Shown in pieces: positions 31,401 through 45,969 of a stretch of 64,000 bases of DNA. The stretch spans positions 12,338,001-12,402,000 of the forward strand of contig NC_135251.1 of NCBI RefSeq assembly GCF_964204865.1, given 5' to 3'. Origin of the DNA: Styela clava (lineage: Eukaryota). The position numbers and the translations under genes were made by a program. The first letter of the stretch is position 1; each line of letters starts with the position of its first letter. The notes under the pieces were generated by a model, which worked only from the letters and a program-made list of their open reading frames with translations, was not told the origin of the DNA and made no database searches.

Positions 31401-34400
31401 CCAAAGATTTTCTAAAATTGTGGTCGCCAGATGTCATGCCAGCTCACTTACGTTGAGTTATGAATTTTTGTAAAAATTCCAATAACACATATGAAAAATT
31501 TAATGTCACTAGAATACTGTACATACCGGTTCAAGGTACAAAAAAAAACGTAGTTATAAATCTGTAAACTGACTCGTCTCTACAAATGACTGTTCGAAAA
31601 TTACGGAATGTTGGAATGTTACGTAGAATATTGCTAATTGATTTGTAACCGCGATAAGTCCAGGTTAAGTCTAGGATATACCTCACAGATAAGTACCGGG
31701 GATAATACTAACTTTTATGAAAGTGGTAAACGTTGTTATGTTGTAACTCATAAATATTAAAATAACGAAAAGTGGGCAAGTTGAATTGCAATGACCTATA
31801 AGTACTGCCCATACTATAAAAATATAAAACTTGGACGAATAGTTTGGAAACGTGCCAGAATAAGTTTAACCTACAATATGGCTTTCAATTGCGACCGAAG
31901 TGTTTGCATCAGGCGCAGATGTTCCCTCTGTAAACATCTGCGTTTGGCAAAGCATAAAATTGGTTCTGAAGCCCCACTCACTGCGGATTACCAAAATAAA
32001 TTTGTGTGATCACCGGAGGTTTAACCAGTAATAAACAGCGTTATGTGTTATATATAACATGAACGCAGGCAGACATCCTGTTAGTATAATGATGTTAGTT
32101 TATCATGATAATAAGTCCTTCTTGTTGCAAAAAGAATATTCATTAAAAATGAAGTTTCCTCCAAGATTTTTGACGAAGTTTATATCAAGCTTTAATTAGT
32201 ATAAGTTATGGAACGTATACAAATGAGATCTACAGCATATTGAAAATTCAAATTTTTTCGTTTTCAAGATGTTAAAAAACCCTAAAACCCGACCTTTAAA
32301 ATAGTTAGTTACTAATGATTTAAAAATAACAAATGTTAGTTAAACTTTTTACCGCGTTGTTGGCATTCTGAAATCGTCAGTCCCCTTCCAACTAAAAATT
32401 GTAATGTCCTTGTAGTGTTATGGACCTTCTGCCACTTGAAAAATGGTTTGTTGTAGATTCCTGAAATCTTGACGTTAGCTGAATTAATATTAAACTATTG
32501 TCATATAATTGGTGTAAACGAGTGGTTTTCAATCTGGGTTTCGTGGCACCCCAGGGATCTGCTCGGTGGTCTCAATTAATCGAGGAACAATGAAACACAA
32601 CAATAGAGTCTTATGGAATATTACTTTTCATCACAATTTGAAAAAGTGTTTTTGAAAACTATTTTCATCGATATAAAATTTTGTTGAAGAAACCCAAACT
32701 CGTGATTCTGATTTAAGCTACAGGATGTCATATTAAAATTAAATCTGTATAACCAGGTTATACACGACTACATCTTAGCGCATCTTATGCGCCCATTAAA
32801 ACTCAACTTCTTAAGCCTTTCTCTTAGTTCTAAAGTATGTAACGAACATTTTGTCGGGTGAAATTTTTCGATAGTCGACGACACCAGGCATTCATTTCTT
32901 GCCAAGGTGAAGTATCAATAAAATTCTAGTTGATAAATCGATTTGAAAAGCTCTGGTGAGATCTAGCTCATGTCCTGGTATGTCCATTTCTGTTACTACA
33001 TCTTCAAGCTTTATTCTAATGATCAATAATGATACAGCGAATTATCCACAGCTTGAAGCACTTTGAACTCAAAGTACGACGTCACGGTGGATTGATAATG
33101 TAAAGTAAAACATCGTTGATTGGTCTTTGAAATATAGTTAATTAATATTATATTGGGCGGGGCGATGACTGTACAGGACGGAATGAATAAACGGAGAAAT
33201 GTTTTTTGTTCCGAAAACATTTGTATCAAAGGGAATGATTTAGAAATAAAGCGCATTTCAAAACACGGTCTATTTTTCGAGAAAATCAGAACAAAACTAG
33301 CGAGCGTTGGCGTTTCTCTAAAAACAAAATTTCAAAAAGGTATATGTTAGAGTCCGATGTCCCTGTTAACGAGGCTAGGCTTCTTGAAAACAAGATCTTA
33401 CAAATGAATATATATGTTGCAAACTAATGTCTGTGTCAATAGGGCAGAGCGTTACAATGAGTTGTATTGAGATAAATAATAAAGTGTTATGCTCTTTCAA
33501 ACGCCCACCGCTGTTGATGGTGAGACAATTTCAGAATTTTGTTGAATGCTTCATATAAAAAATCGTCTTACAAGTATATCACATTCAAAAAATAAATATA
33601 TTTTTCCACCTTTGGTAAATGAAACTCAAAGCATCCTGTGATAAGAAAATGTTTTTTCTAATCAGTTTTAAATATTTTGTTTCTATAATTTCAGGTATTA
33701 ATAATCATAACTTTGCAAGTGTATGAAGCACTTCGGTTGCTGTTTTGATATAGTAATTCAAATACGCTTTTATTAGGTAAAGTTTTATAGGATTTATAGT
33801 CATGCTATATTCATCGTAATCTTTCTATCAATAGCAACACCAAAATTTTAAGATAATAAAAATATTAATGAATTAAAAACGACATATATTCAAAATTAGC
33901 TTTTCCAATTTTCTGGAAATTTCTCCTATCCACTAACGAAAAAATTATGGTACAATAGCGCCATCCAACAGATATCACTGAACAATAATATAATCCCACA
34001 AACCTAATTTTTGAACACATTTCATGAGTGTGATTCCATCCGTAAGAAGTTTAGAAGCATCTTTGAAACATCTTACTTTCTTTTTCGGATCATCGATTAA
34101 ATGCTCGAACCATCTGAAAAGAACCTGGAGAAAAATATCACAGCTTGAATTTCTCGGGAATTCCAGTGATGACTGGATTGAACCAGTGAACAATCCCATA
34201 AGCACTTGCGATGAAGTAATTTGATACATGCATACATTCAAGTTTGCTGAAAAATATTTCCTAAATTATTCAAAATATATCAGAATGCGTAGTTCAGCTG
34301 GTTATCGTGAATTGATCGTTTTATTTTGTAAAGTGTTGTAACTCTGCTAGTGAAACGTTTGGTATTCCCGTAGTATATGTATCAGATTAGGGTAAGGCAA

Positions 34401-34931
34401 TAATTTTACTCCGATTTTCCTTATTTTAGTTCTATTACGAGTTCGGGGACTGTCTGTGTTAGCCAAGTGAATATACCCGCTGACCATATAGGCTTCAATC
34501 CCTTTACACAACTTGATGTAAATTGGGCGAACAAAATTAGTTACCTCCGTATCGGTACACACACTTCTAGAGCGCCGAAAGTTTTGTATTTTAAGTCACT
34601 GTTTAACTAACGTATTGACGTCACTTAATAACTTAGTGTTTTAAGTATTGATGCATTGGAATGTTGTTCAACGTTGTTACAGACAATTTCAATTTGGCAA
34701 GAAATGTCATACAATGAACCAAACCTCTGCATCTTCTTTCGGAAATGCTCTTTTTGCTTCATCTTCTGCTTTGATGTTATATCCAAGAGAACTTTCTTCA
34801 GTAAATTTCAAACAAACAAATGTATTTGGCGGGACGACTTTGATCGGTTTCAAATGCCTGTTAGCTTGCCAACTGCGCCACCTAAGCCCAGGACGAATCA
34901 TATTCTGCTTTAAATAACGTCTGGAATTCAT
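1472..34931 (-). CDS. Multi-exon gene, 3' end outside the window: N-terminal calponin-homology(CH)-like domain, long Ser/Pro/Arg-rich region, coiled coil, probable C-terminal SAM domain start; at least 1059 codons
   Basis: Phase-consistent GT-AG exons in transcript order: 34931-34725, 34124-34004, 32460-32353, 31273-31209, 20125-19940, 12070-11978, 9392-9183, 8704-8540, 7631-6515, 5898-5499, 5041-4868, 3306-3168, 1663-1472. CH-like segment: EDAEVLFRWFEHLIDDPKKKVRCFKDASKLLTDGITLMKCVQKLGIYNKPFFKWQKVHNTTRTLQFLVGRGLTISECQQRGIEIGDSRSVLEFLKKLQDLFS. Coiled coil: RFSRLEAHVVTLARSVAQLSSEMRQQ...DIEELREQLEELRKE. The last visible exon ends KLAKFFGEKPPVLNLFLTQMGYE|gtaag, resembling SAM helix 1. The exon chain 12070-1472 is firm; linkage of the upstream CH exons is inferred from phase and domain continuity. 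Confidence 0.75.
2376..2589. mobile_element. MITE, Merlin-like family A
   Basis: Ends GGTACTCC...GGAGCGCC, exact 8-bp TSD CTTTATTG, internal TTAGGGTTAGG. More than 12 related copies occur in the window. Confidence 0.8.
2697..2800 (+). mobile_element. Degenerate tRNA-derived SINE head
   Basis: A-box-like TGGCCCAGCGGTTAAAGCG and B-box-like GTTCAAATCC; no complete cloverleaf. Confidence 0.4.
4150..4385. mobile_element. MITE, Merlin-like family A (palindromic variant)
   Basis: GGTACTCC...GGAGCGCC ends, long inverted arms, TSD GTATATTG/GGATATTG. Confidence 0.75.
6085..6289. mobile_element. MITE, Merlin-like family A
   Basis: Homologous to 2376-2589; TSD CAGTTTTT/CATTTTTT. Confidence 0.75.
8362..8513. 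mobile_element. Internally deleted family A MITE
   Basis: Both termini are homologous to 2376-2589; the middle is missing. Confidence 0.65.
8847..9070. mobile_element. Family A MITE, opposite orientation
   Basis: Reverse-complement homology to 2376-2589. Confidence 0.7.
12639..12707 (-). CDS. Candidate alternative first coding exon (MKTKGDGKTKKLRLFTFFNDRRN) of the CH/SAM-like gene
   Basis: tttcag acceptor, then cgtcaccATG in good Kozak context, 23 open codons, and a phase-0 gtaaga donor matching the phase-0 exon 12070-11978. Confidence 0.6.
13739..13848 (-). promoter_or_regulatory. Candidate internal promoter (CRE, CCAAT and TATA-like box) for the short isoform
   Basis: On the minus strand in promoter order: TGACGTCA (13841-13848), CCAAT (about 13824-13828) and TATATA (about 13739-13747). 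This lies about 1 kb upstream of the 12707 ATG. Confidence 0.35.
17766..18082. mobile_element. hAT-type MITE
   Basis: TIR CAGTGGTTCTCAAAC / GTTTGAGAACCACTG; 8-bp TSD TGTTAGAG/TGCTAGAG. Confidence 0.85.
20208..20442. mobile_element. Family A MITE (palindromic variant)
   Basis: Homologous to 4150-4385; TSD GAAAATGG/GAAAATTG. Confidence 0.75.
23517..23561 (-). CDS. Candidate alternative first coding exon (MVATIPTHAAAAKQT)
   Basis: agcATGG start, 15 codons, phase-0 gtatgg donor compatible with exon 20125-19940. Confidence 0.5.
26809..26960 (+). mobile_element. Internally deleted copy of the tRNA-derived SINE
   Basis: Head ggttcggcgttgtagcacatcgtgctaagcgt and tail ggataaatatgtaaatc match the reverse complement of 44066-44372. 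Confidence 0.55.
27570..27750. mobile_element. Partial family A MITE
   Basis: Homology to the body of 2376-2589. Confidence 0.55.
28593..28706 (-). CDS. Candidate alternative first coding exon (MSLHINGLFQQRSLFKSPDKSLSHGFTDEMSLGRYRKT)
   Basis: ATG plus 38 open codons ending at a phase-0 gttggt donor compatible with exon 20125-19940. Confidence 0.4.
29398..29558. mobile_element. Truncated family A MITE
   Basis: GGTACTCCCGTAGT terminus and body homology; the second TIR is missing. Confidence 0.65.
34361..34576. mobile_element. Family A MITE
   Basis: Full-length homology to 2376-2589; degenerate TSD. Confidence 0.75.
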
Positions 34932-35455
34932 ATAATTTACAATTTTGCAACGGATACACTACATGTGTATTGTACACAATGTTAAACCCCAAAAACATAC
35001 GAACCAAGCAGAGTTATAACATTCTGAATAATAGGATAGAACATATTATAACATAAAAGAGACCATCAAAATAGTTTTTGAACAATTGCACACTGCTCCA
35101 AATGAAATATACTCTTTGAGTACCATAAACAGAATCAGCATAATATTCTCTTTGAATTAATTCAAGTGCCATAAAGCATATCCATTCTTTATTTATTTAA
35201 TTTTGATGGTATGGCACTGAACACTCTAGGACAAATCAAGATTGTACTTCATGTGAGCGAGAATACATCTCAAGTGTTTTAGGCCCTCATTTACAATATA
35301 GCGTAAATCACGGGAAGGCCAAGAGAGGCCTGATACACTATCGCCGTTTTATTCATATTCGTGTTTCTATTTTCGATTTATTTTCGATTAAGTTCAAGCC
35401 CATGTGACGTTTATGATAACATGCATTTATGAGGAAGGTTTTTAATAAAAAAAAG

Positions 35456-35576
35456 GGCGCTCCAGAAATGTGTATACCAATATGGAGGTAACTAATTTTG
35501 TTCGCCTATTTTACATCAAGTTGTGTAATAGGGTTGTGGCCAAACCCTAACCTGGTATACACACTACAGGAGTACC
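35456..35576. mobile_element. Short family A MITE
   Basis: GGCGCTCC...GGAGTACC ends; exact 8-bp TSD AAAAAAAG. Confidence 0.75.
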
Positions 35577-36535
35577 AAAAAAAGTTCATTTTGAGATGTT
35601 GGAATGGTAAGTATCAAACAAAAAACATTACGCATATTTAGAATATATATTGCATTGAGGTTTTTGGCATTTTTCAATTGTTGCCGGAAATGAGTCATCG
35701 TGATATCGCGATGATTCGTCTTACCAATATGCCGTGCTTCACCAGAGAAGGGCCGCGGGTAAAAAGCATCAATGAAGCGTATTTTATCTACGGCAAGTAG
35801 TGATGGCAAAGAATCAAATTCAGATCTTTGATCTGCGATAACGGGTCGCTGTTACATCATAAATTCGAATGAAAAAACCTTTCAAAGCAACGTATTCCTG
35901 ATTGTTTTATTTACATAGAGAACGGGTATTGGTTACGAAACACGTCAAGTAACCAATATATGAATGCTCAATGATATCCGGAGGAAATTATCGTCGTGCA
36001 TTAAAGACGACCAATCTAAAATTGTTACCTCAGTCGCTTGAGTTGTACAGCCTTACTATAGAGTGCTCGGTTATTTTATAGAGGTTGTCCTGTAATTACT
36101 CGTCAATTTAACTTGTAATATGGATAATTTAAAATGGATTTAACGTTTTAAAGATTTGAAAGATTTACCCTACGATAATTTTCGAATAAATATTGAGGAT
36201 AAAAAGTTCGATAAGTCTGTGTATATTGCCACTATTAGTCACTGCCGTTCAATTTCTTATGATTCGATAAACCTTTGATGAAGTGAAATTTTTATGCCAA
36301 ACTGCTTTTTGTATGATCGCTAATTCTACTTATTCTGTACTCTGCGCTTTAATATTATTAGTGCAAAAACGTCTGAAGATTAATTGACAAACGAATAAAT
36401 AGGCCAAAATAATTAAAGTTGGCTTTAATCTGATTAATATTTTGATTAACTAATTCGCACCTACCGGTAAATCATATGTAAATAATTAGTATACCGCCGA
36501 AGATATAAAATGTAGCGCGGTAAATGTTATTCGAA

Positions 36536-36760
36536 GGTACTCTCGTTGTGTGTGTAACAGGTTAGGGGGACTTGGAAAGGCCATAATTTTATTCCGATTT
36601 TCCTTATTTTAGTTCTATTACGAGTTCGGGGAATGTCTGTGTTAGCCAAGTGAATATACCCCCTGACAACATGTTTCAGTTCCTTTACACAACTCGATAT
36701 AAAGTAAGCGGACAAAATTAGTTACCTCCAATATTGGTAATAACATACTTCTGTAGCGCC
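36536..36760. mobile_element. Family A MITE
   Basis: Full-length homology to 2376-2589. Confidence 0.7.
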
Positions 36761-37347
36761 ATTTTGTGTTCGAATGCAATATTCCGATAGCATAGCTGGG
36801 TGTATGCAGAGCATTGAACGTCTTGAGTGAATAAGCTGAAATTTATCTGCATGCATTCAGAGTATCGCAATATCGAAATTGAGAAAACGATCATGTGATT
36901 TGTTTATACTCAATTTATATCTTCATATGTTCCGCGCTGGATATAACTTTTAAATGTAAATGGAGGAGAGTTTCATTTCAAGAAATAAAATGATAGACAT
37001 ATTTTGATGATTTAGCACACGACTCTCCCTCATTTAGCAGTATTAAATCAGCGATGAAAAAGGGAAATTTAATTTTTCGGTTTGTTGTTTTGTCGTAATA
37101 CCAAATTACGATCTAGTTTTTGAAGTGGAACAAACATCACTGATGTAAACAATTCCAATTTAATATTAATGCGCCAAAAGGTATAACCCAAGTTATACGT
37201 ATGAGTATATCGTTATGGCGAAGGCTAGAAACAAATTATAATTGTACAACTCCGACGTATTCGGAAACAAGTAACAATACTGGAATAACATAATCCGCGT
37301 TAGTCACACGTCAGTAGAACGGCGCTTGAAAAAATAGTCGCCATGGT

Positions 37348-37354
37348 TATAAAA
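37348..37354 (+). promoter_or_regulatory. TATA box of the SOD-like gene
   Basis: TATAAAA about 80 bp upstream of the ATG at 37432. Confidence 0.45.
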
Positions 37355-37431
37355 TCACTTTTGCATTGAAATATTGCAGATTATAGACTCTAAGTGATAT
37401 CAACTGATCCGGAATCGTGAAATCTGTCGCA

Positions 37432-39668
37432 ATGAAGTTGCTCATACTATCGTGCATCGTCTTCGTGGTTGTCACTGATCGTTTCGTCATGGGTAAGTTA
37501 TAAGATATTTAGATAGTGTAAGTCGTAAAGGATGTTTGGCTACGATAATATTTTGGCATTTATATACTGTCACTAACAATAATGTTTGTATCGCCCAATA
37601 TGCTCCCCAGCTTTTCAAGTTAGACTGGGTGCTTCCAAATTTCGGGGGCGGTAAAAATTGTGCAAATTTATTTTAGTGGATAACTGCGCTATGTTGATAA
37701 AGACGCGCTGTTGAAAATAACGAGTACTGTTATGAATTATGTATATATATATACACTAAGAATAAGTATCAATACACCGAATTATTTTACAGGAGACCCC
37801 AAAGCCGCGACTTGTTCTTTTGGCGAAAACCGTGGAAAAATACATTTCATGGAAAAAGTAAGTTTAAAATTTTGAATCTATATCTCTCATTTTTGCTTCT
37901 CTTCCGCCACTTTTTAATTTTAATTTTTAGGATAACAAGATTCGAGTTCATGTTAGCATTCACAACGTACCCGGACACACTTACGGCATGCACGTTCACC
38001 AAAACAAGATTTCACCTGGTGCAACAACATGTGACGGTCTTGGGACTCATTTTAATCCAACAGGAGATCCGAACAAGTAAGATTAATAAGAGTGAGCTTG
38101 AGTGTTTTTGCTATTTGAGATACTCAAAAATATTTCGGATCCACGAACACTTAAAATACTTGGTTATGTGTTAAATACGCGTAAAGAGAGAGATTTATTG
38201 CCACAAAGTCAACACTATTATAAACATAATACACTGAAGAAAGAAACGCATCATTAATAACAGTGATTGATTATTGTTTTGTGCGGGCCGGTGTGCAGAA
38301 CGGATTATAGTCATCTAGGCTCCCGATCCTTGTGTATGCTGTATATAGGCTCGTCATGGCATTATATAGTAGGCCTACCATAGGTGAATGCAAGTGAGAT
38401 TAAATAGAAATAAATATGTAGGATAAAAAAATATGTAAGATAAAATAAAATGAGTGAATGCGTAAAGCATGTAAAAATTTCATCTACTATTTTTCCTCAT
38501 CTCATCCCTATTGCAGTGATAAAGGCGATCTCAACCCAAACGGAGACAAACCCTTGGCAGCGTCAAAAAGCGGACACCTTCATTTGAACTCTTACTACAT
38601 TGATACTCTCACTCTTGACGACGCGCCTGTAGGAAATGGAATTGTCGGTCGTAGCGTTGTGGTGAGAATGTTAATTACTATTCTAAAGTAAATGACTTTC
38701 AATACCTCCTTTTATATGTACGGTATAAATTTCGTTCTTGATTACACAAATCTCATTGAGATGTGCTGGAATGGAGTGTGAGCGTAGTAATTCTCAAATG
38801 TACGAGTCACATTTCGAAGTGTATTTTGTATTCTAAAAATTTACTAAAATATATTCCCTGAGGTGACCGTACATTTGAACCCATGCGTATATCCACGGGT
38901 TAAATCTATATGCGGGTGCTAAAACCCATGGGTTAGGGTTAGTATGGGTTTAACTATCCGTGAAACAAAAAAAAAATTATAGGTGCAATAGCATACAGGT
39001 GCAATTGTCATGGGTTCAAATGTACGTGGGTTCAAATGTAATGGAACCATTCCCTGACATCTAATTTCAACCAGAAGATTTTCAAAAATTGATGTTGAAT
39101 CTCAAAGAGTATCTAATTGCTGTTTGAAATAAAACTAAAAAAGGATGTTTTTCGGGCATGCTCAATTTACATATTTGTACTATTCAAGGAAATGAACACA
39201 AGGAACGCAGCTTCGTTTAGCTCGTATTATTCGACAAATCAAACATATGACTTCACTTACCCATGAGTAAACTAGAATCCTGATAGTGAACTGTACTCAC
39301 TCCTCACCATCTTATTATTGCATCACAGAACAGGTTCCGAACATGACAATAAGTCGTTTTGGGCGCTCCGGAAGTATTCGTACCAAGATGACGCTCAACC
39401 TGAACAACCCTAACCTGGTACACATACTATGTTCAGGTAGTACGCCATCTTGATACGATACTTCGGGAGCATCTCGCGTCTTGGTTATTAAATCATCCCA
39501 TAATATAAGTGGAATAAGTACGAATATCCATGTTCTTCAAAATTGATTGTAATATAGAAATATATTCCAGAAATGATTTTCTATTTCTAGCTCCACGTTG
39601 ACGGAAAGAAATTTTGCTGTAACATAGTAAGAGATACATACGTCGAAGCAAACTTCCTCCAACATTGA
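37432..39668 (+). CDS. Secreted Cu/Zn-SOD-fold protein of the copper-only SOD type, 164 aa, 5 exons
   Basis: Exons 37432-37492, 37793-37857, 37931-38076, 38517-38661, 39591-39668; all GT-AG and in phase. Protein: MKLLILSCIVFVVVTDRFVMGDPKAATCSFGENRGKIHFMEKDNKIRVHVSIHNVPGHTYGMHVHQNKISPGATTCDGLGTHFNPTGDPNNDKGDLNPNGDKPLAASKSGHLHLNSYYIDTLTLDDAPVGNGIVGRSVVLHVDGKKFCCNIVRDTYVEANFLQH*. It has a signal peptide and the SOD motifs GMHVH, C-x4-THFNP, GDL and IVGRSVVLH. AATAAA at 39716-39721. Confidence 0.88.
38862..39048. mobile_element. MITE with 9-bp TSD in SOD intron 4
   Basis: GG..CC ends, inverted tacatttgaaccca/tgggttcaaatgta, exact TSD ATTCCCTGA (38853-38861 and 39049-39057), internal GGGTTAGGGTTAG. 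Confidence 0.8.
39362..39472. mobile_element. Short palindromic family A MITE in SOD intron 4
   Basis: GGCGCTCCGGAAGTA...TACTTCGGGAGCA; similar to 61669-61779. Confidence 0.65.
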
Positions 39669-39894
39669 ATTGAGATATTATAATTTTCTGTTGAACAATC
39701 GTACTTTTGGAAATTAATAAAAATAACGATTGTTAATAACGATTGCAGTTTCAGTCTCCTTTGGTCCACAAATGTAACATATTTGACTTTATTGATTATG
39801 TAATATGAAATTGTATCTTTTACATGGTGAAAATATAATACTGACAGCTAGTTCTATTATTGCGTTTCTTCATGATAGTAATTGAGGATAGCGA

Positions 39895-40375
39895 GATATA
39901 GCGCAGGGTGGTACACGTAAGCGTTGGACGGTTACGGCTTCCTCCACCATCAAGTCTACGCTTCTGAAAATAAATAATTGGCTAAATAACTAATCCTATA
40001 CCTGACATGGACTCGTAACTGCCTCTCGTCCGGTTACCAGTTCATGTCGGATATGAGATTAGTTAGTCAGTTAGCGTGAACCACCCCGCGGCGGTGAGCA
40101 GTACAGCAATCCTCTCGCACTTAATTCAACCCCCGGGATTCCAATCAGAGGTACGGTGGCAATATGCCAAGTGTATTTCAAACGCTTATCACGATGGACC
40201 AGTTCATGTCGGATATGAGATTAGTTAGTCAGTAAGCGTGAACCACCCCGCGGCGGTGAGCAGTACAGCAATCCTCTTGCACTTAATTCAACCCCCGGGA
40301 TTCCAATCAGAGGTACGGTGGCAATATGCCAAGTGTATTTCAAACGCTTATCACGATGAGCCACATCGCCGAGCC
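39895..40375. mobile_element. Rearranged tRNA-derived SINE pair with a 162-bp tandem duplication
   Basis: A plus-oriented SINE segment abuts a minus-oriented copy. 40036-40197 is repeated at 40198-40358 with about 2 substitutions. Confidence 0.65.
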
Positions 40376-40969
40376 AGAGTATACACTGTCAAATACGATG
40401 ATTTTGCAGCGACGTCAAGTCTGAATTAACCCATCATCATTTCAGGAAACAATGTCACAACTTGATGCAAATTAGGCGATCAAAATTAGTTACCTTCATA
40501 TTGGTACACACACTTCCGGAGCGCCCGAAATGCCATGGTTTGCCTTATATTTATATCATCATGGTGTCTTCCTTCCATATAATTACGAAAATTTCCAACC
40601 CGCTTTCCCTAGCCACCATGAACACGATTATTATACCAAAATCTCAAATATTTTCAACTTGAAAGCATGATGTTCTGCAAGTTGTTTATTAGCGATTTTG
40701 CAACTAATTACTTAAATTAAATTATGAAATTGCAACAATTACTTGAATTAAAAAAAGATGTCAAAATACTAGTTTTTAATTAAATCAAAATTCAACGGAC
40801 CCCAAAAATGATGTAAAAGTTGTATAATCCAATAAACACAGTGTGAATTATAATGAGGGATGGGTTGATCAACCAGATACTCAACAAAATTGTTATTTTC
40901 CACCTTGTACCAGGAACAGAAATCTGCTAAGAATTATCGAAGACACGAGCTGTGTTAGTTATATCAGAA

Positions 40970-41252
40970 CAGTGATTCTCAACCATTTTTCTTTCTTGGC
41001 CCAAAAAAAATTTCGTGGCCCATCAAGTTTTACGTACACAGGAATAACTACATGAAAAACAAAAAATTCTTTCTGCAAACACAGACAATTTTACTTTGAT
41101 AATAAGAATGAAAATTGCCACCCTGTAGAAAAATACAGCATCCTCGACCATTTCTCCTTCCAACTAATTTCACCAAATTTATTGACAAATCTAGCAATAT
41201 TTATTATGTCTGTGGGCCATCTGGGACATGGCCCACTGGTTGAGAACCGACG
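40970..41252. mobile_element. hAT-type MITE
   Basis: CAGTGATTCTCAACC / GGTTGAGAACCGACG; TSD TATCAGAA/TATTAGAA. Confidence 0.75.
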
Positions 41253-41571
41253 TATTAGAAGTTATGACCGAAGTAGGCAATGGGTAAACCTAGTCCTTCT
41301 CATTCTTGTAAGCAGAGAATGTCAACTAAATGATTATTAATATAACACTCCATTAGCTGTCCATATTGTCAGTTGCTTTATGTTATTCAGATAGCAAACA
41401 TGAATGCGAGCTCTTGTTTCATTGTATTTCACTTAATCTATTGTTCGAGAATGAATAGTTTTGGTTTAAGTAAATAATTGATATTTTTGAACACATATTT
41501 GATTTGCAATTGAATTAATATTAGACTATTAGGAGCATATTCATTTTATTAAAATTAATATGAAAGATTTA

Positions 41572-45576
<4,005 letters not shown>

Positions 45577-45664
45577 TTTGCAAAATAATCTATATTGGTA
45601 TCGTAGTTAGAATATAGGTACTAAACACAAAGATAAAATAAAACTTTGTTCTAGAGAAGTTCAC

Positions 45665-45969
45665 TTATTACTTATCGATTTTAATCGGAAAGTATGTTGA
45701 TAAGTATTCTCTGTTTGTCTGTCTGTTAGATGCACACGATATCTCACAATAGCGAGATTAAATCTGCTCCAGATTTTGCATGTGCATTCATCATATGTCG
45801 AGCCAGAAGCATAGGCTATTGATTTTGAATGAATTATGTCGTATAATTAGCTAGTTATTAATTAATTAGTGATGAGACAAAAGGTGTTACTATGGAGTAA
45901 GAGCGCTGTTTTGGGGGATCCCCTAACTTTCGATCGATAAGTCTTCGGTCTCTGACCGATATTCCCGTT
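45665..45969 (+). mobile_element. DINE-1/HINE-like (Helentron-associated) non-autonomous element upstream of GLO1
   Basis: Subterminal inverted repeats ACTTATCGAT (45670) / ATCGATAAGT (45933), a short (TCTG)n tract, a 3' hairpin TCGGTC-tct-GACCGA, and no TSD. Confidence 0.6.
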
